Positions 11,101 through 23,299 of a stretch of DNA of 64,000 nucleotides are shown piece after piece. Under the pieces are notes generated by a model that was not told the origin of the DNA, searched no databases, and saw only the letters and a list, made by a program, of their open reading frames with translations. This DNA comes from Dimorphilus gyrociliatus (lineage: Eukaryota > Animalia > Annelida), in contig CAJFCJ010000070.1 in assembly GCA_904063045.1 (NCBI GenBank), positions 95,496-159,495 of the forward strand, given 5' to 3'. Both the position numbers and the translations under genes were made by a program. The first letter of the stretch is position 1; each line of letters starts with the position of its first letter.

Positions 11101-11723
11101 AAGTGTACAATAGCTTGTATTGTGCATATATCACTTTTTCCTTTTGAATTGTGACCTATCTGCTATTCTATGTAAGCTTTTATTGATTTTTTTATTCATT
11201 CATAAAATATAGATTACTGTGACGGCTGGTAATATTGAGATATGTTGGAATTTCCCTGTCTTTTAAAATCATATCTGCAACTACAAGAAACACCAACAAC
11301 TGTAATCATTTTTGCTGTTGAATTTTATCATAGGATAGAATTATAATTTGCAGAAAGTCTTAGTATGTATTAATGTATTATATCAATTTATGTTTTCAAA
11401 TCTCTCTGTCTCTTATAAGGTGTATTATTTCATGTCAGAAATGACATTTTGTATATCAGTGGAGGGGGGAGGGGTGTGGCAATATAAATGTATGAGGCCT
11501 GTTCGCTATTTGCAATCAATTAGGGGTTGTAATCTGCAATCTGTGTAATCCAGGATTCAAGTATTTGCGGATTGCGTGGGGAAGTCTTCAGTAGGAGTGT
11601 GTTGAAGATGTGTTTTAAAGCACAGGACAGTCTTGCCAAAAAAGAAATTTCCGTATTTAAAAAGTCAATCGTTGTGTAAGAATGATGTGCTGTACATTTA
11701 ATTTAGTATTACTTTTAGGCAAG

Positions 11724-14700
11724 ATGTCAATTGACAGTCACAACTCAAGACTCTCAAAGAAAAGTGCTATCAATTATGCTTTCACAAAGTATTACAATGA
11801 ATTTGCTGCATTGGCAGAAAAATCTTATTTCTTCAAGGTGATTCTATATACATATTTCATTGAAGGAAAAAAAATGGATTCCCTTACTCTAGACTATATA
11901 AAGGATGTATATGAAAAAGAAGATAAAACAGAAGCAATTAAGATGGCATGGGGTTATTTAAAATATGAAGGAATTCCTCAAACAGTAAAAGTCTTAAAAA
12001 CTTTTCACGAATCGAAAGAACTCGCCGAAAGGATGAGCATATCTTGGCAAACATTAATCAATGAAGTTAAACAACACCATCTAACAAAAAATATGAATAT
12101 TCAACTTCTTCCTTTTGATGAAAATTCAAAAGCCAAAATTCAAAATATTATATCTCCATTAGAAATTTTAAAAGTTAATGCTGAGACAATATTTTCAACA
12201 AATTCTGAAAAATCTAACTACAATTATAAAAACTTTCATAATATTTTCAATACAGAATTCAATAAAATAATTGTTCAAGGTGAACCAGGAATTGGAAAAA
12301 GTGTTCAAGTTAAATATCTTATGAATTGTTGGGCTTTGAATAAATGGGATGATGTTTTAAATGATAAACTATTTCTTGTTATCTATATAAAGAATGTTTT
12401 AAACAATGAAGACATATTCGACTCGATATTGAAGAGTAACTTTCCAGGAGATACAACTGTAACAAAGGATAATATCAGAGATTTTTTCGAAGAGAAACAA
12501 ATGAGAGACGTCTTTCTCTTATTGGATGGAGGTGATGAAATTGACAAATTGAAATTATTAAATGAAAATAAAGAATATTGTATTCAAAATTTCATCGATA
12601 GTTCAAATTGTCCAATTCCAACAGTTGTTTGGTGTAGAAATTGGAAATCAATAGAAATTTTGTCTACTTGCGATGTTGCCTTTGAATTAATTGGTTTCAA
12701 TTCTGATCAATTGAAAAAGTATTTTGAAACAAATTTTATTAATATGCCATGTGATGAGTTTGTTTATGCATTGAACAAAGGAAACGGAAATATAAAGAGT
12801 TTTTGTAGAATTCCTCTCCTAGCAACAATTATTTTCTACTTGTATCATGAAAAGAAATTTGAATTTGAATATGATAATTTATACACAATTTATGAGAATG
12901 CAATTGAACTTATCTTTATAAAAAATGGAATAGAATTGAATGATTTAACAATGGAAACTATTTATAGGCAAAGTTTCCTCTGTTTAGCTGATAATAGAAT
13001 TGGAATGAAAATTGATAAAAACCAATTGAAATCATTTCATAAAGTTTTTAAATGCTTTGCACAAATTTTTAATAATTCTGATAATCCGGAAGAACTTGAA
13101 ATTCAATATTTTCATTTGTCTATTCAAGAATTTTTCGCCGCTAAACATATAATAACAAAATATATGGAAAATCGAATACAGACATCATTATATATTGACA
13201 AACAGTTAAAGGATAAAAAAGTACTCAACATTTATAATACAATGAATCTATTAAAGGAAAAAGATGAAAGTATTTTTAAGCATGTTCTTCTCAATTCTAT
13301 GATATTGGAAAAAGCTTTTCAACTTAGTGATAATATCAAAAGTATCCTTACTGATGATTCTGGTAATAATTCAAAAGTTCAGTTAACAGATGAAACAATC
13401 AGCTATTTAATTCTTGATTTAGTCATTGAAAAGATTAAGAATTCTATTCAAGAACTTATATTACAAAAGGTCAAGACAAATTTCAAGAGATTACTACTCA
13501 AAATTTCAAATACAAGTATGATAAAACTGAAAAAAATCCATTTATCAATAGAAAATTTCAATCATTTAGTTTTGAATGATGCAGAAGTAATGAAACAATT
13601 TTTGGTTTTACTACAAAATGATACATTGAGATATTTTGACACTCAAAGATTTCATTTAAACGTAATCTTTGAAAATGATGTCAAATGTATTAAAATTGGT
13701 AATAGATTTAACAGTTTTAATATTTCTGCTAATAGAAATTTATCAAATTCAAATAATAAAAGAATGGAAATTCAGGATAATGGATCTAAATTTAAAAAAA
13801 TGTGGCAATTATTATCAATAACTGATGGATTTGATAATCTTATAAATGAGATTATCAAATATTATAGTTTAACTACATTTGATATTCATGAACAATATTT
13901 ATCTGAGAATCAACTCAAAGCTTTGACAATTATGTTTTCTACATTTTCCCAAACTCTTTCAAATGTTAAATTGAATGTAGGAAAATTGAATGAGAGTACT
14001 GCAAAAATTCTATACAGTTTTATGGACAGTTTAACATACTTGAAATCATTTTCTCTCACATCTTCTAAATCAGATAGCGGGACTAAGTGTTTTATAGATA
14101 AGATAATGGAATACAAGCGTACCTCTTTAGAAAGTTTAAAGATAAAACTGTTATCCTATACATCACTGGAGTGTATATCATTGAGTGGTCTACTAGAAAA
14201 ATTTCCTAAACTAAGATACTTGGAGATTTCAGGTTTAAATGTTACATTTGCAAATCATGAAATGAATGATATTCTCTTGGATGAGATTGAAAATATATGT
14301 CTGGAAAACTGTTTTTTGAATGACAAGCAAGCTGAAATAATTGTCAACAAGATACATAATAATAGTAATTTTGATGATTTATTACGAAATCGGCAATTAG
14401 GTGATGCGTTGATAGTTCTGCAAAGACACTTTTTAGATTTCAACAAGACATTGAGAAATATATCAATAAAATTTTCACAAAGATTTACCTATATGGATTT
14501 AAGAGGAAAAGTCATCTCATTGTCCAATTGTCATCTGCAGACAATTGAAAATGTGTCATCTTTTGACAAGAATAATGTTTTTCAGCAAAGTCTTGGCTTG
14601 AGAAATTTCGAAGAAAGTATTCCATCTCTCTCCATTTTTAAATGCCATTCAAGTGATAAGAATAATGATTGCCAGCAAGAAATCTTGTGCAGTTACCTAA

Positions 14701-15929
14701 GATCTTGTAAGAATTTGGAACATTTTCATATTCAATCAGAAAATGACGTTTTCGAATATAAAACAATTTTTCATTCACTCTCATCATCTTCTAAAAACTT
14801 CCTTAAAGTTATCAATGTTAGCTCTGCCATCCAATCGGAGGCTTCCGGTTTGGCATTTGCGGAACTGCTTGACAATTGTAAATGTTTGGAAAATATTGAT
14901 ATAAGCTCAAATAGTTCAATTGGAGAAAGAGAATTTGAAAAGATTTTATTATCCCTAGCAAATTCATTGGCAAAGTTGAGCCATCTAAATCTAAGTAAAT
15001 GCAATTTGTCAACTTTAAACATTAAAACTCTTAACAAACTGCTGAAACAATGCTCATCAGTTGTTTATATTGATATAAGTTTTAACAAATCAGTTTATTC
15101 ACTGTTTAATTCACTTGTAGAATCTTTAAAGCAATCATCTGGTGTGTTTAAACACCTCAATGTAAGCAATTGCTCTATAACAAATGAATCAGCTCATGAA
15201 GGTTTAAATAATTTAAGATATTTTCCTCATCTGGAATTTTTGGATGTCAGTTCAAATGCAGAAATTGGTAGTGCTATTGCTAGATTGAAAAAATCTTTGG
15301 AGAATTCTAATTCATTGAAATATTTAAAATTCAATAATTGTAATATATCTAAACAGTTCAGAAGACGGCAGACAGTAAAAAATCAGTGGTTTCCTGCTCT
15401 TGAATATTTAGATTGTAGTTGTAATCCGGGTATTGATAATGATATTGGTATTATTGTCACCCTTTTGGGAAGATCATTTGAGACTCTAAAGTATATCAAT
15501 TTGAGTAATTGTCATATAACTGAAGATATTGGTAAACAGTTTGCTGTAAATCTTCAAAGATTTCAGTATCTAGAACATTTAGATTTAAGCTCAAATAGAG
15601 CAATTGGGAATTCTATAAATGATATATTAAGTTCTCTGGAAAGCTCTTCAGAAACAATGAAATATCTCAACTTTAGTGACTGTAAAATGACAGAAGAGTC
15701 TGGTAATTATCTGGAAAAGTATTTGAAAACTTTTTCCTCACTAGAATATTTGAATATCAGAAGAAATGGAAATGTTTGCAAGAGTTTAAAAAATATTACA
15801 AAATCTTTATTGGAACTATCAAAAACATTAACTCATGTGTATATTGATTTCTGCGGCCTTTCTACCTCAGACAGGCCTATAGTTGAATCCTTACTACAAT
15901 CACTATCTCTTGAGGACTTTGAATTGTAA
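11724..15929 (+). CDS. NLR-type receptor: death-fold (CARD-like) N-terminus, NACHT, C-terminal RNI-like LRRs; single coding exon (ORF open from 11682)
   Basis: Walker A IIVQGEPGIGKS, Walker B FLLLDGGDE, CRIPLLA, FHLSIQEFFAA, then repeated LxxLxLSxN/CxL units; 1415 codons without a stop in very AT-rich DNA. Likely ATG at 11724, just after an AG acceptor. Confidence 0.93.
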   Translation: MSIDSHNSRLSKKSAINYAFTKYYNEFAALAEKSYFFKVILYTYFIEGKKMDSLTLDYIKDVYEKEDKTEAIKMAWGYLKYEGIPQTVKVLKTFHESKELAERMSISWQTLINEVKQHHLTKNMNIQLLPFDENSKAKIQNIISPLEILKVNAETIFSTNSEKSNYNYKNFHNIFNTEFNKIIVQGEPGIGKSVQVKYLMNCWALNKWDDVLNDKLFLVIYIKNVLNNEDIFDSILKSNFPGDTTVTKDNIRDFFEEKQMRDVFLLLDGGDEIDKLKLLNENKEYCIQNFIDSSNCPIPTVVWCRNWKSIEILSTCDVAFELIGFNSDQLKKYFETNFINMPCDEFVYALNKGNGNIKSFCRIPLLATIIFYLYHEKKFEFEYDNLYTIYENAIELIFIKNGIELNDLTMETIYRQSFLCLADNRIGMKIDKNQLKSFHKVFKCFAQIFNNSDNPEELEIQYFHLSIQEFFAAKHIITKYMENRIQTSLYIDKQLKDKKVLNIYNTMNLLKEKDESIFKHVLLNSMILEKAFQLSDNIKSILTDDSGNNSKVQLTDETISYLILDLVIEKIKNSIQELILQKVKTNFKRLLLKISNTSMIKLKKIHLSIENFNHLVLNDAEVMKQFLVLLQNDTLRYFDTQRFHLNVIFENDVKCIKIGNRFNSFNISANRNLSNSNNKRMEIQDNGSKFKKMWQLLSITDGFDNLINEIIKYYSLTTFDIHEQYLSENQLKALTIMFSTFSQTLSNVKLNVGKLNESTAKILYSFMDSLTYLKSFSLTSSKSDSGTKCFIDKIMEYKRTSLESLKIKLLSYTSLECISLSGLLEKFPKLRYLEISGLNVTFANHEMNDILLDEIENICLENCFLNDKQAEIIVNKIHNNSNFDDLLRNRQLGDALIVLQRHFLDFNKTLRNISIKFSQRFTYMDLRGKVISLSNCHLQTIENVSSFDKNNVFQQSLGLRNFEESIPSLSIFKCHSSDKNNDCQQEILCSYLRSCKNLEHFHIQSENDVFEYKTIFHSLSSSSKNFLKVINVSSAIQSEASGLAFAELLDNCKCLENIDISSNSSIGEREFEKILLSLANSLAKLSHLNLSKCNLSTLNIKTLNKLLKQCSSVVYIDISFNKSVYSLFNSLVESLKQSSGVFKHLNVSNCSITNESAHEGLNNLRYFPHLEFLDVSSNAEIGSAIARLKKSLENSNSLKYLKFNNCNISKQFRRRQTVKNQWFPALEYLDCSCNPGIDNDIGIIVTLLGRSFETLKYINLSNCHITEDIGKQFAVNLQRFQYLEHLDLSSNRAIGNSINDILSSLESSSETMKYLNFSDCKMTEESGNYLEKYLKTFSSLEYLNIRRNGNVCKSLKNITKSLLELSKTLTHVYIDFCGLSTSDRPIVESLLQSLSLEDFEL

Positions 15930-17122
15930 TTTATGTCATGATTATCATTGAGTAACTTAAACGAATATTTTGAATGCCAAACATTTCCAATAAATGTGTG
16001 TTTTAATAAATTTGAAAAAAATCCCTGTGTCTGATAATGTGTAATCTATCTGATATGTAAATTCCAGGTATAGTTGCACCTTCTTTCCTTCAATTCTAAT
16101 TATGACTTTTATTTGTTCCATGATTTTTTATCACTCTTGTAAAAAAGTTCTAACCACTTATTTCAAACTGGATGCTGAGTATGTATGATACTACAAATTT
16201 TCGCCCTAAGCTTAATAAATTGTTCCTAACATTGTTGAAAACCCATTGGTTCAAACTCTCAACTGGAGGTGTTGAAGTAAATGAACCACTATAACTTTTA
16301 AAGAATAGAAAGAATATATAAACTGGATAAGGTGAATGGTTTATACCAGTATCATTCTGAAGAGGTCCAACTCTAGCTTCAAATTTGAAATTAATTTAAT
16401 TATTTAAAAAACTAAATATGAATGGCAGTTCAACAGTAATTTAATCAGCAAGTTTTTTCTGTTCTTGTTACCCAGAAATTATATTGAAAATCTTGTGCAT
16501 TTATATTATTTATTAACTGCTGAAGCAGCATGTTTTGACAAAAGGTGGGCAGTTAAAACTCAAAATAATCAGCATTTTTATTCCTCTAACCCTGAAAATC
16601 ATCAGGTTTTTTTCAATCTTCTAACAGTATAGATAAATATCTTTTAAACATTTCATTCACTTATCAAATTTATAAAATAGAAAAAATAGTCACTTGCTTT
16701 GATAGAATTTGTTCTGCATTTTAGTGATACCAGAAAATATTTTTAAAATACAACCACGCGATAAAGTCACCTATTATCTACCAATTGAATTCAGATCTAT
16801 AGTATTTGGTTACTATAGTAAGAAGATAAGTATATGTTCGATGCTGCTAACACTTTTTTAAAAATAGGAGATGAAAGAAATCTAGACAGACAATTGAGCA
16901 AATGAAAAAAAAGAGAGGAATAGATATTTTGCATATGCGAATAGTGAATTATTTTTGAATCGAGGTGAAACCGTACCCATAAAAATATTAGGTTTTTTTA
17001 ATTTTATTAATACTAAAGAAAAGTATATATAACACTAAGATTATGATAATAAATTAAGACATAACTTTGAAAGATAGAAGAATGGAAAAAGTGAAGAAAA
17101 AAACCATTTAAAAAACAGAATA

Positions 17123-18000
17123 TTATGGAACATAAATATTAGATGTTTGAACTAATAATTCATCTGCTAAAAGCCCTCCTAGTCTATAATTTTCCCAAAT
17201 TTCAAATATTTTTCTTTCTATCTCAATATACTGCTTTTTTTGGTATTTGATAATCTTCTTCTCAGACATAAGGTTTTCATAGATAATAACTAAATCAGCT
17301 TCTCTCTTCAGTTCATCAAGCAGCCAATAAAATGATCCTTTAGATGGTACTTTATTATTCATTCTATTGTGCCATCCTTCCACACTGTTATTAGTCGTTA
17401 TGGATAATCCATATATAGACCAATTCTCTGTTTTCCATATAGAGTTCATAATCCAAGTTGCTTCAAAATATTCCAACAAGTCTGCAAATTTTTCTTTTTC
17501 TGTAAGTTGAGATATCAATCTGTAAAATGTTGGAGCAATGATATGAGCAGGCAGAAAAGGTAAAGCCATCAGCTTTCTCATGTCTCTCCAGTCTTCTCCT
17601 TTCTCCATATACTTTCCAGAGTATCCAAGAAACTTGAAGGATCATAATTGTAAAAACAAACCTTAAAGGTAAAATTAAATGTTTTACCTGTATTTTCCTA
17701 TATATTGCTAGTGTAAAATGGAATACACATCCATGAATTTGTGATTCTGGATATATTTTGGACACAGCTCTCCACAGACCCATCTCAAAATCAATTGTTA
17801 TCTTCTCAGGCTGTGACATAAAAATAAATGCGAATGGAATATGTTTCATTTCACCATCTTTTTTGATATAGCTGTGTATAGATAAGAGCTGATAAAAAGG
17901 ATCCTTTACCATTTTAAATGTCCCATCAATGAACCAGTGTTTTGACTGACCAAGCAAATTAAGTTGATGGCTGCTACCAAAAATAAGAATTCTCTCTTTA
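17123..18000 (-). mobile_element. Mutator/MULE transposase with a spliceosomal intron (17687-17633)
   Basis: WFIDGTFK...DFE...GCVFH...RKLMALPFLP...TTNNSVEGWHN (D,D,E + CxxH). Removing a 55-bp GT-AG intron fuses ORF 17463-17957 to ORF 17123-17608 in frame; about 20 aa appear missing between FMSQ and PEKITIDFE. Confidence 0.85.
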
Positions 18001-18211
18001 TTTTCACAGATGTGTAGTATTGCTCTAAATCAACTAGATTTAATAAAAGGAAGACATTTACTATACTAATAATAATGATTTAAAATAAAATTTGCTAAAA
18101 AATTTGGTATTAAAGTAATATACACAACTATCAGAGATAAATCGACTAGGTTTTTATCATGAATTTTCTAAGAAACTATATTATTGCTCACAGCTTGATT
18201 GTTTGCAGCGA

Positions 18212-18226
18212 CACCTGTCTATAAAA
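18212..18226 (+). promoter_or_regulatory. E-box (CACCTG) + TATAAAA upstream of CRAL-TRIO copy 2
   Basis: cacctgtctataaaa, 43 bp upstream of the ATG at 18269; conserved in the paralog. Confidence 0.45.
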
Positions 18227-18268
18227 CTAGAGAATTTTTTCAATTGATAATCACTTCTACCATAAAAC

Positions 18269-19040
18269 ATGGCAGAGACTGGCTACATTTGCAGTCTTGA
18301 CGAAAAGTATATTAAAAAATCAAAAGATGAATTAAGCACAATTATTATTTAAATTTAGATTCTCGATGTGATTTAATTCTAGATAGTGTTAGAAGAGGGT
18401 AAATATCAGCTGTTAAATGCAATCTAACAATTTTATCTCCTGTTTTTAATCAAGTCAAGGACTGTTGCCTGAATATTACGATGAAGGTAGAATGATAGTA
18501 CTCTATAAATTAAGTATGTCTTTCAATAAAATTCCCTTATAGTAGCAGTTCTTTTCTAATTCTTGATCAATGTATGAACTATACATTTTTAGATCTGATT
18601 TCCTATGAAGAGTTGAAGAAAAAATACAAATTTTAAACTTTTATTAAGACTCTTAATGCCATTTTTTGACCTTAATGGATGATGAAATGTTTCAAGTGAA
18701 TAGCATTCAACTGATTTTTGATATGACTGGTTTCAATCTGAAAATGTTACCATTATTACATGATCCTGAAGCTGTTAAGTTTAATAAAGAGAGTCAGGAC
18801 ACAAATATTTGGACAATGTTCCTTTTTAAATATTAAAATTCTCCGACAAAAAAAACTATATCTTGAACAAAAATAAATTCAATTATTCTTTATTCTCTTT
18901 CCAGCTGAAATGGGAGAGAGGTTACTGAAATATAAGGATTACATTCTCGAATCTACTAATCCAGATAACTTTGGCTTTGATGAGAACAAGAAATCTGCTG
19001 CCAATCCTCTACAGCATTTCAGGAAATTAAATATTGATTA
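18269..19040 (+). pseudogene. CRAL-TRIO pseudogene, copy 2
   Basis: MAETGYICSLDEKYIKKSKDEL; LLPEYYDEGRMIVLYK; MDDEMFQVNSIQLIFDMTGFNLK; PAEMG; PLQHFRKLNID*; internal deletions and stops. Confidence 0.7.
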
Positions 19041-19914
19041 AAAAGAATTCTTGATTGACTATTATTCAAAATTTCAATGTCTGTTCTAATTTGTTTCATG
19101 CTTGAATATTTTTTCGAATAAATTTTTTGTTACATTTTAAAGAGTTTTTCAATTTTATAAATCTAGAATTTTAGGGTTACATGCATGTAAAGATGTCACG
19201 GAAAACATCTACAAATCTTTGCTTTTACTCTACTAAAATCTGTATTAAATTTAAAATTTGACATTTACTCAAATTTAAAAAAAATTATTCGAAATCTTAA
19301 AATTTTTTTAAATTAATGTGTAAAATGTGAATGTTGAGTAATGAGTCATTCTATAATTTTAGCTAAAAAATGTAGGTGAGTGGTGTCAGTTGGATTTAGA
19401 ATGTTTAAAAAGGGTTTTTTATCAGATTGGGCCCAGTGGAAGGGGCACCCTTTATTTATAAACTTAGGATAAACAGATGATAATACTCTCCAGATCTTTC
19501 TCTGTTAATTTCTGTGTACGAAAACTAAATCAACTTCTATCCTTTTTTCAATATGTTCACTTTTTTTTGGATGTTGAAGGATTTTTTTTTAAAAGTTGCT
19601 CCCATTTCTTGATATAAAATGGTCACGAGATATCTAATGCTGAATAATATTTATTTGCAGATAGCTATTAATCAAAAGGCTGCACTAAATATAGATTTTT
19701 TTCTATGGACACTGTATTTATTTGGAAACATTTTCATTATATAAGCAAAACATAATGATTTCACAATAAAAAATTGCAATAACATATTTAATGATAGAAC
19801 TCAGAGATTATTTGTAAAAATAAAACCGAAAAGTTAAAATATTTTTATAAATTTGTCCTGGTCTGTTTGACTAAAATCTTGTTAATTCTGTGATGATAAC
19901 ATATTTTCTGTTCA

Positions 19915-20860
19915 ACTCAGCTTTAAATTGAGATTTAAATTATCCAAATCTGTATGGATAATCACATACCCTCTAATGGCAGCTCTGCAAGAAGGACACT
20001 CAGGTTTTGGAAGACTCAATATACATTGTTTTCAAGCCAGCACATGACTGCAAGGTAATAGCAAAGTATTAGCCAAATTACTGCAGCATAGTTTACACTC
20101 TAAACTATTCAAAACTTGATAAAAAGATGTTGCTTGTTCATTTGAAGAATCAACCGAATTATTTGTATTTCTGAAATAAAGAAGTTTATATAAATATTCT
20201 TCAAGATGATGAAATGAAAAAAAAATGACAACACTAACCCATTTGACATATGTTAAAAAGCAGTGAAACACTTTCAGCATCACTTTATATAGGAAAAATT
20301 GGTATTTTGTCATGTGTTGAAATGATGACTTGCCAGAAGTTCCAAATATAATAGCAGAATATTTCATAAGGAATGACTAAACTTTGTATGATAATTACTC
20401 AACTAGAATGATTAGTAATGAATATTTGAATATGAACATGAATATTCTAGAAACAGTTTAGAATTGTCACCTCTGAGTTTGAATTTGGAAATACTGTAGA
20501 TATTCTTTTCAGTTAATATTCTAATTGAAGCTGCTTCACAAACCTTCTTCGTTTACCTTCATGTGTTAAAAGTTCAAAGTAAGTTTGTCAAATACAGATT
20601 TCAATTAACAGATAGCATTTAACTGTCCATATTGCAGATTTGCAGTTGAATGTCTGCAAGTCCTAATTAGCTATATTACTTATAGGTGAGTCCAACTTAT
20701 GGAAAGAAAAATCAACACTTTTAACGTTCTTATTATAACCTATAGGCCTATAAAAGTTAAGAGAATACATGAAAGATATAATTTTAAAGTTATCTACCAG
20801 GTGTACCAGATGTCCTGACAAAAGATTTAATTCTATAAAACGATACTTTATCAATTGTTA
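19915..20860 (-). pseudogene. C3HC4 RING E3 ligase pseudogene (possibly NHR-RING), copy 2
   Basis: ECKLCCSNLANTLLLPCSHVLA*KQCILSLPKPECPSCRAAI: TGA replaces a zinc-ligand Cys; upstream FYRPIGYNKNV weakly resembles an NHR domain. Confidence 0.65.
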
Positions 20861-22411
20861 ATTATCATTTTGGATAACAATGAGAAGACAAGAGTAAAAT
20901 TTTTTAAAACTTTGTACAATTAACATCTTTTCATTTGTTTTTTTTTTGCTTTTCCTTTAAAAAAATACAGAAACCCAATGAATTATAAGCAATTTCAATG
21001 TGTTATTTAAAAACATTAGATAATATTGCTCAATTACCAAGTTTTTTTTATCTGATAAAATAACTGATAAAGAAAAATTTCTATATAAAGAGGTTATAAA
21101 GACTAGGAGAAAAATAAAGAAAAAAACATTCAACAGGAATAGATAGAAATGTATACAGCAATAACTATATTTATTAATATTCTCACTTTTAATGCAGTTT
21201 CTTCAATTGGCCAGATGTAATTTTCAAGGTTGGCTATCCAGTTCACCATTTACAATATTCAAAAGAAATGGGTCAACAAAAAAATAAAATTTTGAAAGGT
21301 GAACTAACCCCTTTACGAATTGCTCCATTGTTGATGGAAAATATTCTTTGAAGTTTTATCTATTGTTCATGGATGTAAATTTACAAAATTTAGCATCTAA
21401 TTGTCAATTAGAAAGGGAAAAGATTCTTATAGAATTGATAAAAGGAGAGAAGGAATGGGCAAACAAATGTCTGTAATCTCATTCAACTCTTGTATTGAAT
21501 TTTAAATATTCCTGTCAAATATTTAGTCAAAGATTCTCACTGAGTAGATTTGTCAGGTACATTGTGAGGTCAAAAAGAATCATTTGGCAAATATGATCAA
21601 TGTAAAAGTATTTCAACAAATGTATCCATCAATGGAATAGATGAAAAATGGAATGGATTCTATTCTCTCTTTGATGGTCTTTGACCCAATTCACAAAAAT
21701 TAGAGTCAGTTATGTTAGGATTTTGTCTAGCTCCAAAATGTAGAAAATTTGTGGAAAATACACCAAACTGTTGAGTATTAACAACAGTTGTGGGTGTTTG
21801 TTTTGATAGATTTGCTAGTATTCTTTTTTTCAGTTACAGTATCAGATGAATCTTGCACCAGCATTGGTAATGGTAGATTTATTCTTGAAGAAACATTAAT
21901 ACCACTTAAAGACGATAAATTATCAATTGAAGGAAAATTTGTTTTTTTATTTAACAATTCTATTATTATACATTCATTCATATAGAAAAAAGAAATGGAT
22001 CGCTGTTCTACATTTCAAAAGGCGAATTTAAATTCTTTTCCACTAATAGAGAAATTAAGGAAACACCATTTAGAGTATCTGTAAGAGAAGTTCCAGGAAG
22101 TACTGCTACTATTTGATTAATAGACAATTTGATGCTTATTATCCCTTTTACTCTTTCTATAGAATTAAAAGTAGTTAAAGATATAAATGAGAGAGATATT
22201 CTCGTCTATGACGACAGAAAGCCATATGAACAATTCAATACCTATTCAATTGATTTGTGATCACGTTAACTATTGCATAAATAAATTAGATGAAATCAAT
22301 TGTGGTTAGTAAGCTAATTTTTGTTACCAGTTTTGTCCAAATTAAGTTTTGTCCAAATATTTTAGAAGCTAAAGCCTGTTCAAAGGGGAAAATGTATTAA
22401 GTAGTCCATAT

Positions 22412-22618
22412 GGTTACGACAGAAAACATCCCCAAATGCATGATTTAACCCTAACCCTAACCCAGCCCTTGTCACTCCCTAACCTTTTTGATTACCCCTG
22501 ACCCTTAGAAGGAACCCCCCTAACTACAAATCAATGGCTACTTCACTCATCCTAACCATTTTTCAATCCGAAATGTTGCTTTCAAAAATCTCACTTGGGG
22601 ACGTTTTCTGTCGGCCCC
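22412..22618 (+). mobile_element. MULE-type MITE (family B, subfamily 1)
   Basis: TIR gacagaaaacatccccaaatg / cacttggggacgttttctgtc; perfect 9-bp TSD agtccatat (22403-22411, 22619-22627). Confidence 0.92.
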
Positions 22619-22849
22619 AGTCCATATAAATATTGCAGAAAATGTTCATAATAAGCGAGGATAGGCAGAAGAGTATAGTATACAGTTCAGACAAATAATC
22701 TTCTCATTGGATTGATGTCTAGTAGTTTCAATCAATGAGCCATTTTAAATTTCACATCTATGAATATTTTCTGCTAAATTCTTTAATTGTATAAAGAAAC
22801 ACGCAAAATTCAGTAATAATTCAACGAAATGCAGGTGTGACAAAAGGCA

Positions 22850-23250
22850 ATGTCTAGATGAAAATACTTTTGCGTTGAAGAGAAAAACTGCTATGATGAA
22901 AGTGATGAGAAATGCTCAATTCAGAGTCTAAAAATTGTTTCTAAGTAACATTGCTATGGTCTTAATTTCAAAATTTAATGACATAAGCTAACATATTCTA
23001 ACAATGCATTTAACATTTTTCAATACGGTTTTGATACATTTCTATTTGGCATCAATAGCAACTGAATTGTTTTAAGAGTTGAAGTTCTTGTAAAGATAGA
23101 GAGAAACTAGTTTTCAAAACTGTACATTCCAGTGCATTCAATCATTTAGATATGTATAATTCTGTACACTCAGAAATAGTGATATATTAATATTTAGACT
23201 TTAGATATAAAAGGAACATTAGAAGTACTTTTATTTCATAGAATGGGATT
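22850..23250 (+). pseudogene. LDLa + LRR remnant (GRL101/LGR-like ectodomain)
   Basis: CDKRQCLDENTF..EKNCYDESDEKC followed by VHSSAFNHL-type LRR fragments, heavily disrupted. Confidence 0.35.
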
Positions 23251-23299
23251 GATGGAACTTTAGATAATAGATGGGACTATTACATAATCAATAAAGGAA

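Noticed and set aside
11575-11655. NF-kB-like sites (ggggaagtct, gaaatttcc) upstream of the NLR
   Set aside because: Imperfect matches to GGGRNWYYCC and expected by chance; no conservation data.
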